Positions 41,706 through 53,050 of a stretch of DNA of 64,000 nucleotides are shown here, piece after piece. The stretch's first letter is position 1; each line of letters starts with the position of its first letter. A program made the position numbers and the translations under genes. The notes under the pieces were generated by a model. That model was not told the origin of the DNA. It saw only the letters and a program-made list of their open reading frames with translations, and ran no database searches. Source of the stretch: Geosiphon pyriformis uo1 (lineage: Eukaryota > Fungi > Glomeromycota); the NCBI GenBank assembly GCA_016748015.1, contig JAAOMT010000678.1, forward strand, positions 166,389-230,388, written 5' to 3'.

Positions 41706-42431
41706 TTTTATTTTTTTAATAAGTGAGGTCCAAACACTACCTAGAACTATACATCAATAAAATTATCTAAACTAGGTGTGAATCATGTGCTTAACCACAC
41801 ATGACCAGCCACTCAAGCCAGTCAGGACAACACTACACAACTATATTAACAGAAACCATGTTACCAATACTCGAAAAAAATAAACAAGACTTGCAAAAGC
41901 CAAAAAGGACACCAAAGGCTTCAGTAACTCCAAGCAATTTAATCACACCAGATGACAACTTCGAAACTGAACCAAAAACTGGGATGAAAATAGATCCATC
42001 CACTGGGATCAGGCCATTCTTTTCCATAAAAGCACAATGCTTGGCACAGACCAACCAAATATCATTCCTAAAAGCGGAGCATAGAAAGTGCATAAAATCA
42101 GTAATTTTAACACCAGCAACCTTGGGATTATGGAAGACAATAACAGCCTTCTGAAGCCATTCATTAAAAACAAAACCCTTGTAAAGAGCCGAGGAGACCA
42201 GCAAATCCAAAACACAGGTCAACATCAATTGCAACACAACTGAAAAGGGAAGAGAAAGCCCAGAAAGTGACTTCCAATAAGACATGTAGGATTCCAGAAC
42301 CTGACAATGAGCCAAATCATTAACTACACAAGAAAACACATGATCAGAAACCTCAACCTCACCACAATACAGACACAGGACACTAGGATAATATTTATCA
42401 TAAATGCGCTTCTGAACAGTCACAGAAAGCC
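41706..42431 (-). mobile_element. LINE-C, 5'-truncated copy
   Basis: ORF2 C-terminus with CLYCGEVEVSDHVFSC, 3' UTR, A-rich tail and a 14-bp TSD ATTAAATTTTTATT (41692-41705 and 42432-42445). Confidence 0.9.
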
Positions 42432-42706
42432 ATTAAATTTTTATTAATTTAATTTATTTATTAAAATTAAATTATTTTTTTATTAATTTTATTGTTATAT
42501 AATATTTTTTTTTGTTATTTGTTAATATATTATATTTTATTATAATACTATTCTATTTTATTATCTATTAACATATTAAAACTCTTTCTTTTGTTGATCC
42601 CCCGGTTATAATGAGAGCTTTGAGTTGTCACTGAAATAGCCTTCCTTTTCCCTTTCCTCTTCACCTTTCTCCAGTTATTTCTTCAAACATTCCCCCTTTT
42701 GTTGTT

Positions 42707-44626
42707 ATGGAACTGGTGGACTTTGCTGCTGGTGGTTCTGGGTCCATTTTGGCTGGGTTGGGGACCCAGTCTGGTGTCAAAAATAAGCGCTCGGTTGGTC
42801 CTTATTCTCGCAGTGCGTCCTATAAAAAGCCGAAGAAACCTGTGATGGTTGATGGGTTGGTGGAGTCATCTGCTGGTGTCTCGAACGTTATGGATGAAAG
42901 TGGTGACAGACCTAACATTGGGCGATCGTGGGCTAGCAAAGTCAACAGCAAAGTGGACAGCGTGAGTGGCGTCTCGGACTTGGATAACGTGGAAAACGTT
43001 ATCACTGAGGAAACTTGCTATGCAGAGTTAGATGTTTCGGGTTTGGACGACAACATAAACAATGCCACGCCAAGGAAGACATGTACCCACACCTATGTTC
43101 TGAACAGTAAGCCGCCACCTTTTTTTTTCAACATTCCAAGTAATGGTGAGGATACTTTGCCTCTCCTGAGTCCCAAATTTCATGGATCCAATCGCCTTCT
43201 TCCGATCAGGTTATGTGCACCAGAGAAATGGAATTTTAATTCGTCAAAATCGTTTGCATTAGATATTGAGCTATCTGCCGTTCCTGGCAAAACTAATAAT
43301 AATAAAATAATTAGTTTGAAAAAAAATTTTTATCATATTGATGGGTTTGGGGGAGCCTCAACTCCCTCAAAATTCCTAGAGATCATCAGATCCTCATTTA
43401 CTTCTGAAATTAGTTTAAATAAGGCTAGGGAACTGGCAATCAGTGAGAAAATTTTAGTCAATGATGATCTGAGAAAATCAAATGTCCGTTCAAATCAAGA
43501 AGTGATCATCAAAGAAATTCCAGTGGATTTTCCCAAATCGGCAATTGAGGCAGTGTTTTCCAAGTTTGGCAAGATTATTTCAATCAAAGTACAGCTTATT
43601 GGTCTTTGGCAAAAAGCCCTAGTGGAATATGAATCATCTGAGATGGCTGATTTGGTTGCAGCTAGATGGTCTGTACTTATGGAAAAGGATTCTGTCTGCG
43701 TGGCAAAGGCAAATATTGATAAACAAACATGGATGTCGAGAAATCAGCATCGGGCATTGTTTTACACTCTTCCAGTTGGCACCAATGCTCATGACCTCTC
43801 CAGTTTGTTGGAATCATATGGTGGGAAGACTTGTTATATCGGCCGTAATCCTAGTTTGTATGTTCGTGATAGATGCACTGTAATTTGTTTTGGTGATAAA
43901 GCATCCAAGTTGGCTGCTATTGGTACCGTTCCAGTTTTCAAAAATGTGAGTTTGCGTTGGGCTGGTCTCTCTTTGGCCAGTTGTACTCATTGTAAACAAT
44001 TTGGTCATGTTATGGTCAACTGTTCCTTGGGTGAGTATTCTGGTGTTCGAGGAAGAAGGGTGGTTTCTGAGCAAGATCAGATTTGTTTAGCTGGGATATA
44101 TAAGAAGAAGTCAGCTCCTGTCGCTCGTCCAGTCTCATTTGGTGATAAAACATGGGCCCAGGTTGCTGGTGGCTCTGGCTTGCATTCTGGTTTGGTTTCT
44201 TCTTCAATGGTGACTGTCTCTCCTACCATTTCTTATTTGAATGACTGGCTGGCAATTTTGGAGCACTCTTTGGAGCTTTTGACTAACCGCATTTCTGGCA
44301 TTTTGGCTCGACTGGAATCCATTGATTTGGTTCCTATGACAACCCCTTCTTTGAGCCTTCTTCCTGTTGTTTCTGAAACTTTGTCTTTTGATGTGGTTTC
44401 TGATATGATTTTGGATACTGCTTTGGTCTCGTCTGGTACTCCTCCGTTCGTCTTTTATGATGCTGTTGTTGAGCTTAGCTCTAGTAGTTCCAAAGTTCTC
44501 ACTGCCAAAGTGGGTGGTTTAGAAACAAAATTGATTGCTTTGGAGGCCTCAGTTGGTTTGGTTTTGGATAAGTTAAATATTCTGTGCTCTGGTTCAGGTT
44601 TGTCAGTTCCCCTGTTTTCTCAATGA
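42707..44626 (+). CDS. LINE ORF1 protein (RRM-like domains and CCHC zinc knuckle)
   Basis: Open 639-aa frame; VIIKEIP...FSKFGKI...ALVEY, CTHCKQFGHVMVNC and a C-terminal coiled-coil-like segment. Confidence 0.85.
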   Translation: MELVDFAAGGSGSILAGLGTQSGVKNKRSVGPYSRSASYKKPKKPVMVDGLVESSAGVSNVMDESGDRPNIGRSWASKVNSKVDSVSGVSDLDNVENVITEETCYAELDVSGLDDNINNATPRKTCTHTYVLNSKPPPFFFNIPSNGEDTLPLLSPKFHGSNRLLPIRLCAPEKWNFNSSKSFALDIELSAVPGKTNNNKIISLKKNFYHIDGFGGASTPSKFLEIIRSSFTSEISLNKARELAISEKILVNDDLRKSNVRSNQEVIIKEIPVDFPKSAIEAVFSKFGKIISIKVQLIGLWQKALVEYESSEMADLVAARWSVLMEKDSVCVAKANIDKQTWMSRNQHRALFYTLPVGTNAHDLSSLLESYGGKTCYIGRNPSLYVRDRCTVICFGDKASKLAAIGTVPVFKNVSLRWAGLSLASCTHCKQFGHVMVNCSLGEYSGVRGRRVVSEQDQICLAGIYKKKSAPVARPVSFGDKTWAQVAGGSGLHSGLVSSSMVTVSPTISYLNDWLAILEHSLELLTNRISGILARLESIDLVPMTTPSLSLLPVVSETLSFDVVSDMILDTALVSSGTPPFVFYDAVVELSSSSSKVLTAKVGGLETKLIALEASVGLVLDKLNILCSGSGLSVPLFSQ

Positions 44627-47600
44627 CTCACTTAATTTGGAAAATTGTCATGTGTAATGTAAGAGGTATGAACAATCTTGCAAAACAGGAAGATATTATT
44701 TGTTGGCACAAGGATATGAACAATTTGATTTCTATCATTACCGAGACCAAACTGAAGGGCAAGGTCCATCCATGGATTGCAACTAGGTTTAATGGTGTTC
44801 GAGTCTTTACCTCAGGTCAAGATTCTGGCAATCTGGATTTGGGTGTAGCTATTGTTGTAAACGATTCTCTGGCTTGCCATATGTGTAAGATTTCTGAGGT
44901 GCCTGGTCAGCTACTCTCAATTAAGATGCTTTTTAAGAACAAACTTTTGGTATCAATTTTGGGGCTTTATGCTGATGCTTCTCTAGTGACATGTTTCTCT
45001 CAAGCTGGTAAGGTCAATTCCTTGATAGCTGGGGCTGTGAACGAGTCCTCTTTTGTTGTTTTGGGTGGTGATTTCAACAAAAATGGCTCTCGCAGGTGTG
45101 CTAGTTTTAAGAGGTGTTTGGATTTGGGTTTGGTCAATTCCCTGGTGGGGAATTTATTGGCTAAGTGTCCTACCTGGAAAAATTCAAGGGGTGTTGTCAA
45201 GACTATTGATTACATGTTCATTTCGTCAAATTTGGTCAATGCAATAGTGAACTGAGACATTTTGGATGTTAGTGAGTATTTTGATACTGATCATCAAGCG
45301 GTTTGTGTGTCCGTGGGTTTAGGTGGGCTTTTGGATGTGCATTTGAATTCTCTTCGTAGGCAGGTGAATAGGGATCGATGGAAGTTTAACATTAGGGGTG
45401 CTGATGAGAGTGGATGAGACAATTTTAGGAGTGCCACTTTGGCCAATGCAGCAATGTTCTCAGATAAGTTTGCCACCACTGTAAGATTCTCCAATTTGGA
45501 TGAGATGTGGGATGTCATTCGTGAGGTCATGATGCTTTTGGCAGATGGCATTTTCAAAAAAAAATGGTTCAAGGACTTTGATAGACCTTTTTCCAAGGAA
45601 TCCTCGAAGTTTCACAAATTGGAGCTTTTGGTTTCTAAGGTTTTCAAGGCATTGCGTGAGGGAGATATTGTTGGTTTTTTTTTTTTTATGGATTGTTGGG
45701 CTTCGCTGGACAGTGTTAAGGCTTTAGTCATTCGGGATATGATGAATTCTGGTATGGACTCTGATCATGTCCTTTCTGCTCTCTTGAGCACTCGGAAATC
45801 ATATTGTGCATCTAAGCTTGTTGAGTCTCAGATTGCCAAAAAGGCCAACATTAGATCAGCCATAGATAAAAAGATGGAGAGCTTTGAGATCGATAAAGGT
45901 CATACAATAAAGAGTGTGCTGGAGCGCCCATTTCATAAGGTGGTGCTTAACCACTTGGTTGTTAATGATGAGCTGGTTTTGGAGTCTGATCAGGTTAAGA
46001 GCAAGGTGGACGTGATCATGGAGGAGTGGACTAGGAAGCGTCAGGTGGTCAACAATATGTCAAGCAAATGGTGTCGCCAATATCAGTCTTTGGAGTATGT
46101 TTTTGATGAGGCTTTCTTGGGGGTAATGTGTCTGATTGGTTTTGATGAGTTGTTTGGGGTGGTTTCCATTCTTTCTGATGGCAAAGCTGCTGGTCTGTCG
46201 GGTATCTCAAATGAGCTTTGGAAACATTGTGATAGATCTGTCTTGGAGATGTTGTTGGTGCTTTTGAACTTTTGCTTGGCTGGTGAATCAGTGCCCGGCC
46301 CATAGAAAGAGGCCTGGGTTTCGATGATTCCCAAGCCTTATGAGTGGAAGGGTGTTCTGACAAACACACATCCTATTGCTTTGATCAAAACAGCTCATAA
46401 GATTCTTTCCAAGGTTCTTTCTGATAGGATTTCTACTGCATGCAGCACTTTGAATGTTTTTTATGGGGATAATTTCTCGGTTTTAAAGGGTACGACTACT
46501 CAGTCTCCCATTTTTGCGATTGGTTCAGTAATTAAGGATGCTCTGGAAAAGGACCGTGAACTTTGGCTGGTGTTACAGAATATGAGGAAGGCTTACAATT
46601 CAGTTGGCTGGGAGCATCTTGAGAAAAGTCTGGTTAGGATTAAGATGTGCGGCAAGTTTATTCAGTTCTTTGGTAGTATACATAAGAATCGCACCAATTA
46701 GATGATGACGGATTTCAGTTTGACTGGTAGTTATCGTGTATATGATGGCTTAAATCAGGGTGAAGTTTTTTCCCCCCTTCTGTGGCACATCTTCTATAAT
46801 CCTTTGTTGTGTGAAGTCAAACATCAGAAGAGTGTGTGTGGATATAGGCTTAATTCATACTTTATTTCTAAAAATGGGTGTGCTGAAATTCAGGCTGGAC
46901 GTTCTTCCTTTTTTGCCATTGGTGCTTTTGTTGATGATACTATTTGGGTTGGTAACAGTCAAGCTGCTACTCAGCACATTCTCAATGTTGCCAGTGAATT
47001 CTTTCAGATCAATAATATCTTTATAAACAATACCAAAACAGTGGCCATTCTCATCAATAACAGAGTTAGCAGTCCCTTCCTTTCCATCAGCGGCTCTTCC
47101 ATTTCTGTTGCCAGAAAGGGGGAATCTCATTGGTATCTGGGTATTTTTCTTTCAACTGAGGGTCTTTCGAAGCCGAGTTTGGCTAAGGCACATTTGGATG
47201 TTCACTTTTTTATCAATTTGGTTCTGAGGAAAACTATTTCAGATAAACAATTCCTATATTTGGTATTGGTGGTTTTCCAGCCTATAATCAGTTATCGGAC
47301 ACAATTTAGTTTTATACCAGTTGGTGTTTGTGCCAAGTAGGATGCTTTGGTTCACAAGGGATTGAAGCTTAAATCTGGTCTTCCGCTTGATTTTCCCAGT
47401 GATACGCTGCACCACTCTTTATTTTATGGTTTGAAATCTTTCTCGCAGGTACAGTCTGAATGTAAGGTGGCCTTTCTCATCAGTTTTGTGAACTCTGGTG
47501 AGATCTTGGGTTGCTTATTTTCTCACCGGTCTCATGACTTGCAAGTTTGGTGTTGGCATCTTATTCATCTGTTAAATTCTCTTGTTTGTGTTAATATCAG

Positions 47601-49311
47601 CACTTCCAACAACTTTTTAGCAGGCTTGGTCTGTATTCTTCTTGACTGCAATTTGTCTTTGGGTGGATCTTTTGTTAGTTCTTTTCAGTCTAGTGGCAGT
47701 ACACCTATGTTTACTGTTTTAGGTGAATCTAAGTTTTCTAAGTTTCTTTCTTCTCTCTGACAGTTTGGCATTGTCTTTGTAGATCAACTTCATAATTGTC
47801 ATGGTGCCATTCTTGACTGGTATACCTTCAAGCGTTGGAAGAGGCTGGACTCCTATGGCCCCATTCCAGAATGATTCAGACTTGCTATTGCATTTCTCAA
47901 TGGTGCTTCTCTCCCTTCTAATGATTGGTTTGTCTCAGATGGTGCTGTTCATTGAGATATTTTTGGTTCTGCTGATTATGCTTCTGTTTGTGGTCATCTT
48001 TCTCAGGTTGTTTCTGGTAGCTTGTCTGTTTATACAGACAGATCTTTGGGAAGTTTGGGTACTGCTGAATGTAGAGCTGGTGCTGCTGTTTTTTTCGAGG
48101 ACATTGGTTTGGGTTTGGGAGTTGGTGTATCGAACTTGATGTCATCCATCTTTGCAGAATTGCAGGCTATTGCATTGGCCATGGAGTGTGTCCCTTCGTC
48201 CTGCTCTGTTCGCGTGTTTTCTAATAGTCAGTCAGCTTTGAGTGCTTGTGAGTCAGAATTGAATCTTGTGTGTCCTGACTTTCACAATCAGTATTGGGTC
48301 GAGCATCAGCATATTGCTAATGTTATTCGTAGTAAAAATTTGAGAGTTCGTTGGCACAAGATCAAAGGTCACTCTGGTGTTTCTAGTAATGAACGTGCTG
48401 ATAAGATTGCTGGTGTTGTCTCTCTTTCCAGTTGGCATTTGCGTCCTCACTTGGATGAACATTTTCTGGTGGCTAATGGTGGTGTGGTTTTGGGCAATTT
48501 GAGATACTTTGTTTGTGATATTTGCCGATCGATTTGTCGTGCATACTGGAAAGTTGGTTCTGGTGCTAAGTTTTTAAGGAATGATTTGCTTTTTAATGTT
48601 GACTGGTTCTGCTCTTCTTTGGTCTGGCATCCTGACTTGCACATGGCCACCAGACCCACCAGCAGGCCCTCGGCTGATGCTCGTACCTATTTCATGAAGG
48701 CTCTGCATCACTGGTTGTCTATTGCTGTGAGAAAGTGTCTTTATAATAAATGTTACCCTAATGTGCTGTGTTTATATTGTGGTAATGTGGAGTCTTCAGA
48801 CCATGTGTTCTTTTGTAAGGTCGATGATTCTGCTCGTAGTCAGATTTTGAATTCTCATGTAGTTTCTTGGAAGGCTCTTACTGGTTTGTCACTCTCTTCG
48901 TTGGTTGTAATGCAGTTTTTGTCATCTTGTGTCTCTGATTTTCCTGTGTTCATGGCTCTATACAAGGGTTTTGTGTTTAATGATTGGTTTTGCGAAGCTG
49001 TTTCTATGTTCTGTGATCCCAAAATTGCAAGATTGGAGGTGGTTAAGTTTGTGTGCTTTCTTAGTCTTGCTTTTAGGAATGGTGTTTGGATGGTTTGTGC
49101 TAAGCATCGTGCTTACATGGAGAAGGCCAAGTTGATTCCATTAGATGGTTCAACACCTGTTTCAGTCTCTGGTTTGGTTTCGGGGTTTTCTGCTGGTGTT
49201 GTCAAGCTGCTTGGCATTGCTGAGGCTGTGGGCGTTTGTTTCAGTTTTTGTAAACTGTGTTTATTTTTTTCTGGTATAGACAGTTCAGTTTCAGTTCGTA
49301 TATCTGTGTAG
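44623..49311 (+). pseudogene. LINE ORF2 (AP endonuclease, RT, RNase H, C-terminal Cys/His motif), interrupted by stops
   Basis: CNVRG, TETK, GGDFN, TIDY, TDH; RKAY, QGEVFSP, FVDD; YTDRS, AELQAI, KGHSG...NERAD; CLYC...DHVFFC. Several in-frame stops. Confidence 0.92.
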
Positions 49312-49345
49312 TGTTGTTCTGATTAGCCCGAGTGGCTGGTCATGT

Positions 49346-50329
49346 TGTTACTGGAGGTTTTTGGTCTCTTTTCTTAAATGTTGTGGATATTTATTTGCTG
49401 TGAATTCACGTTTTCTGGATGTGGTTGAACCTCCAGTAACTGAATTTTTAACTTCAAATTATCTCCTATAATTTGAACTGCTGGGCTTATAAGTGGAATG
49501 GCCAATTCTTTGCCAGTTACTTTATGTAGTTACGTTGTAGTAAACGTCAACTCTTTTCCAGGAATTGCTTGTCTGGAAGCTCACTAAAAATGTGTAGTTA
49601 TTTTGCTGTGAAAATCAACTCTTCTACAGGAATTTTGTCTGTAGGTTACCCTAATGATTATGATAAGAAAATAAAAGAAAATAAAAGAAATGTAAAAAAA
49701 ATAGAATTTTGTCATGAGAAACGTTTTCTATCCAGGCCTGGAGTCACTAACTGTTTACTGAAATTGGTAGCTAATCAATTTCGAGATGTTAGTTGGGTTT
49801 TGGGGATTTTCCAAGTGCAATAATTAAAAAATTTGGTTTTTCGAATTATTTGATATTTATTTCTTTTTTTTGTGTGTATAGGAATGATTCTAAGAGATAA
49901 ATCTAAAGTAAAATACATTTTCTCAAAAAGAGAAGCTCTTCTTTTATACAACTTGTTGTAACACTATTTTATGAACTTGAACTTTGCTATTTCCTACAAT
50001 TTTGCTAAACTAAAGATACATTTCGGCAAACTACAAGTTATTTTGGCAAACTATTAGATTTTTCGGTGAACTATCAATTATTTCGGCGAATTTCTACAAA
50101 TTTCAGCAAACTTCTGAATGTTACATAGTTTGGGGTATTGCATGATTGATCATCGCAATTAGGTTACATTTGTGTTGTGTACAATTTGGGTTATTAATTA
50201 AATGATAATTTCGGACATTTTTTTGCTAATGTAATAAGTGATCATTGAAATGATAATATATGCTAATTAATGATAGGAATTATAAGATAATTTCATGCTA
50301 AATAATATCTCTAATTTTATCTGGTAACA
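49346..50329 (-). repeat. Gypsy-2 3' LTR
   Basis: TGTTA...TAACA termini; direct repeat of 56436-57417. Confidence 0.95.
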
Positions 50330-52614
50330 TAACCTCCTCTTCAAGACTGAGCTCCGTCAAAGTCCAAGTACTGTCTGTTATTTCCAAATAATAATCCAAA
50401 ATTATTGAAGAAATTTGGTCTGAAAATTGTTGAAATTTCAGTTCTGTGAGCTTTCCAATATATTGAATCTTCAAAGGTTGAAAAATTGGGTTTTGCAGTA
50501 TGTTTTCACAGGTGTGAAATAGGTCATAAAGTCTAAGAGCAGCTCTAAGCTTGTAGCGACTGTTTGTTGGTCCAGCTGTTGTCTTGAATTTATTGTGAAG
50601 TTGTTTTTAAATAGCTTCTTTTGTGAGATTTGCTGTTGTAAGTTCCAGTTTTCGTCTGGAGACCAATCTGTTGGAATTGTTAATGTCTCCAAATATTGTT
50701 TGAAATTGTTGTAGTTTTCGGGGTTCATTGTTTGTTGTTTTGATGCTGTTAATTCAAATGAGTGTTGGTTTCGTTTTCTAATCTTGCCTTATTCTTGAGA
50801 GACAATCAACGTTGGTATGGAGTTTTCCTGATTTGTGGTATACAATGTATTGGTAATTAGCTAAAAATTCTGTCCATTGGGTTTGTTTTGCATTCAGCTG
50901 GGTGTTTTTGTTCTGAAGCCATTTAAGTCCAATATTATCAGTGATAATATCGAATTTTTTGGGTCTGAGGTAAAGGTTGAAGTGATGTAAGACCCAGATT
51001 ACTGCTGCGGTTTCTAATTCTGTTGCGGAGTAGTTCTTTTCAGCTGGCTTTAATGTTCTACTAGCATAAGCAATTACTCACTCATTTCTATTGTCATCTA
51101 ACTGTGATAGAATGGCACCAAAGGCAGTATAAGAAGCGTCAGTTGCTAACTGGAATTGGTTGCTGAAATCTGAGTAGGCGAGGATTGGAGCTGTTGTGAG
51201 TTTTTCCTTAAGTATCTCGAAGACATTTTGGTGTTCTTCTGTCCTTTTGTATTTGACATTTTTAGTAGTGAGCTGGTTGAGGGGTTTTGCAATTTCTAAG
51301 AATCTTTTGATGAATTTCCGGTAATAGGATGCTAATCCAATAAATTCTCTTAATTCTGTGGTATTTTGTGGAGTCTTGAAGTTCTTGACAGTACTGATTT
51401 TTCTAGGGTCTGGTTTAATTCCATCTTTACTAACAATGTGACCAAGAAAAGCTAAACTTGTTTTTCTGAAGTAGCATTTTTCAATGTTCAGTTTCAATCC
51501 TGCTTTCCGTAATCGTTGAAAAACTTCTCGTAGGTGAATTAAATGTAGCTCGAAAGATGGTAAATAAACATCAGTGTCATTAAGATAAACTACTACTGAT
51601 TTCCAAAGGAGGCCTTTGTAAACAATATCCATGAGTCTTTGGAATGTTGTTGGTGCATTGCATAATCCGAAAGGCATTATATTGAACTCGTAATTTCCTT
51701 CTTGAGTGGTGAATGCTGTTTTGGGACGGTCTTTGGGGTCCATAGCAACTTACCAGTATTCACTCTCTAAATCTAATGTCAAAAAGTATTTGGACTTTCC
51801 AAGAGCATCCAACATGTTATCAATTCGGGGAAGAAGGTAGGCATCTCCAATAGTAACACTGTTGAGTTGTCAGTAATCAACACAAAATCGTATCTTTCCA
51901 TTTTTTTTTTTAACTAGGACCATGGGTGAGGCCCATGGACTTATTGATGGTTAAATAAGCCCATTGTTAAGCATCCATTGTACTTCTTCTTGGATAAATT
52001 GGTGACTTTCTGGAGCAACTTGGTAGGCTTGTTGTCGCCTGGGTTTGACATCTCCTGTATAGATTTGGTGTTGAACCAAATCAGTTCTTTTTAAGTCATT
52101 GTTGTTTTCGGTGAAGATATCAGCAAATTTTGTAATTAGCTCTTTAAGCTAGGTCTGTTGTTGTGGTTCAAGTTGTCCCATGTTAATTTGAGATAGTTTT
52201 TCTATGACAACATGGTAGTTTTCGGAGTTAGGGTTTGGGTTGATTTTTGGTAGTGAATGTTCAATAATTTCAGGGAAGTCGGGGACTGTTTGGGGTAATT
52301 CTTGTTGAAATATATTACTGTAAATAACTCCAATTTCTAAATTATTTAATAAAATTATGGGGTAATTATTGGAGTTGTAAAAAGTAACTCAGACTTTCTT
52401 TGTTCCTTCTGGAATATAAATGTTTGGGATCGAAATATTATGTTCCAAGCAGACTTGTTCATTGGACTCAAAAATTTGTTGTGTGGTTGTTGGCTTTAGG
52501 CAGGTGTAGATTTCCAGATGTTCTCCAAAGGGTAAGATGGTAATCGGTTGTGGAAGTCTGAGAATCTGGTGGGATTCGTTCTGTGTGTTAAGAGCTATAT
52601 TAACTGGAACTGTG

Positions 52615-53050
52615 AATCGTCCAGTTGAACCAAAACCTTGGGTTCTTCTATTGTTCTTTTCTAATTGCTCTCTTTGATTGACTAGTTGCAAACCCGCAAT
52701 GTTGATTAGGGGTAGATAAATAGCTTGGGCAATTTTTTCAGCATGTTCAATCTTGAATGGTTTGTCAGTTTCATTTTGAAGCATTACTGTTATGTCTCCA
52801 GTATATCCAGCATCGATTATTCCTCCTCTGACATTGATTCTTTTGCTTGTCAGAGAGGACCGGGAGACAATTTGAACCATTGCTTCTGGCAGGATTTCGA
52901 GTGCAATTTTGAGATTAATTTTTGTGAGAGATTTGGGTTTGAGAACAAGAGTATCCTTGCCTGGATATCTTAGGTCATATCCAGCATCAATTTCGTGTGC
53001 TTTTTTGGGTTTTATTTCTTGTCCGTTGTTATTGAAGTATTTAAGTTGTA
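52615..53050 (-). CDS. Gypsy-2 dUTPase domain (part of the disrupted polyprotein)
   Basis: All five trimeric dUTPase motifs are recognisable: AGYDL, SRSSL, GGIIDAGYTG, EKIAQ and QGFGSTG. Confidence 0.9.

Noticed and set aside
49569-49823. Duplicated small ORF (also 56679-56912)
   Set aside because: Lies antisense within the two Gypsy-2 LTRs; the duplication reflects LTR identity.
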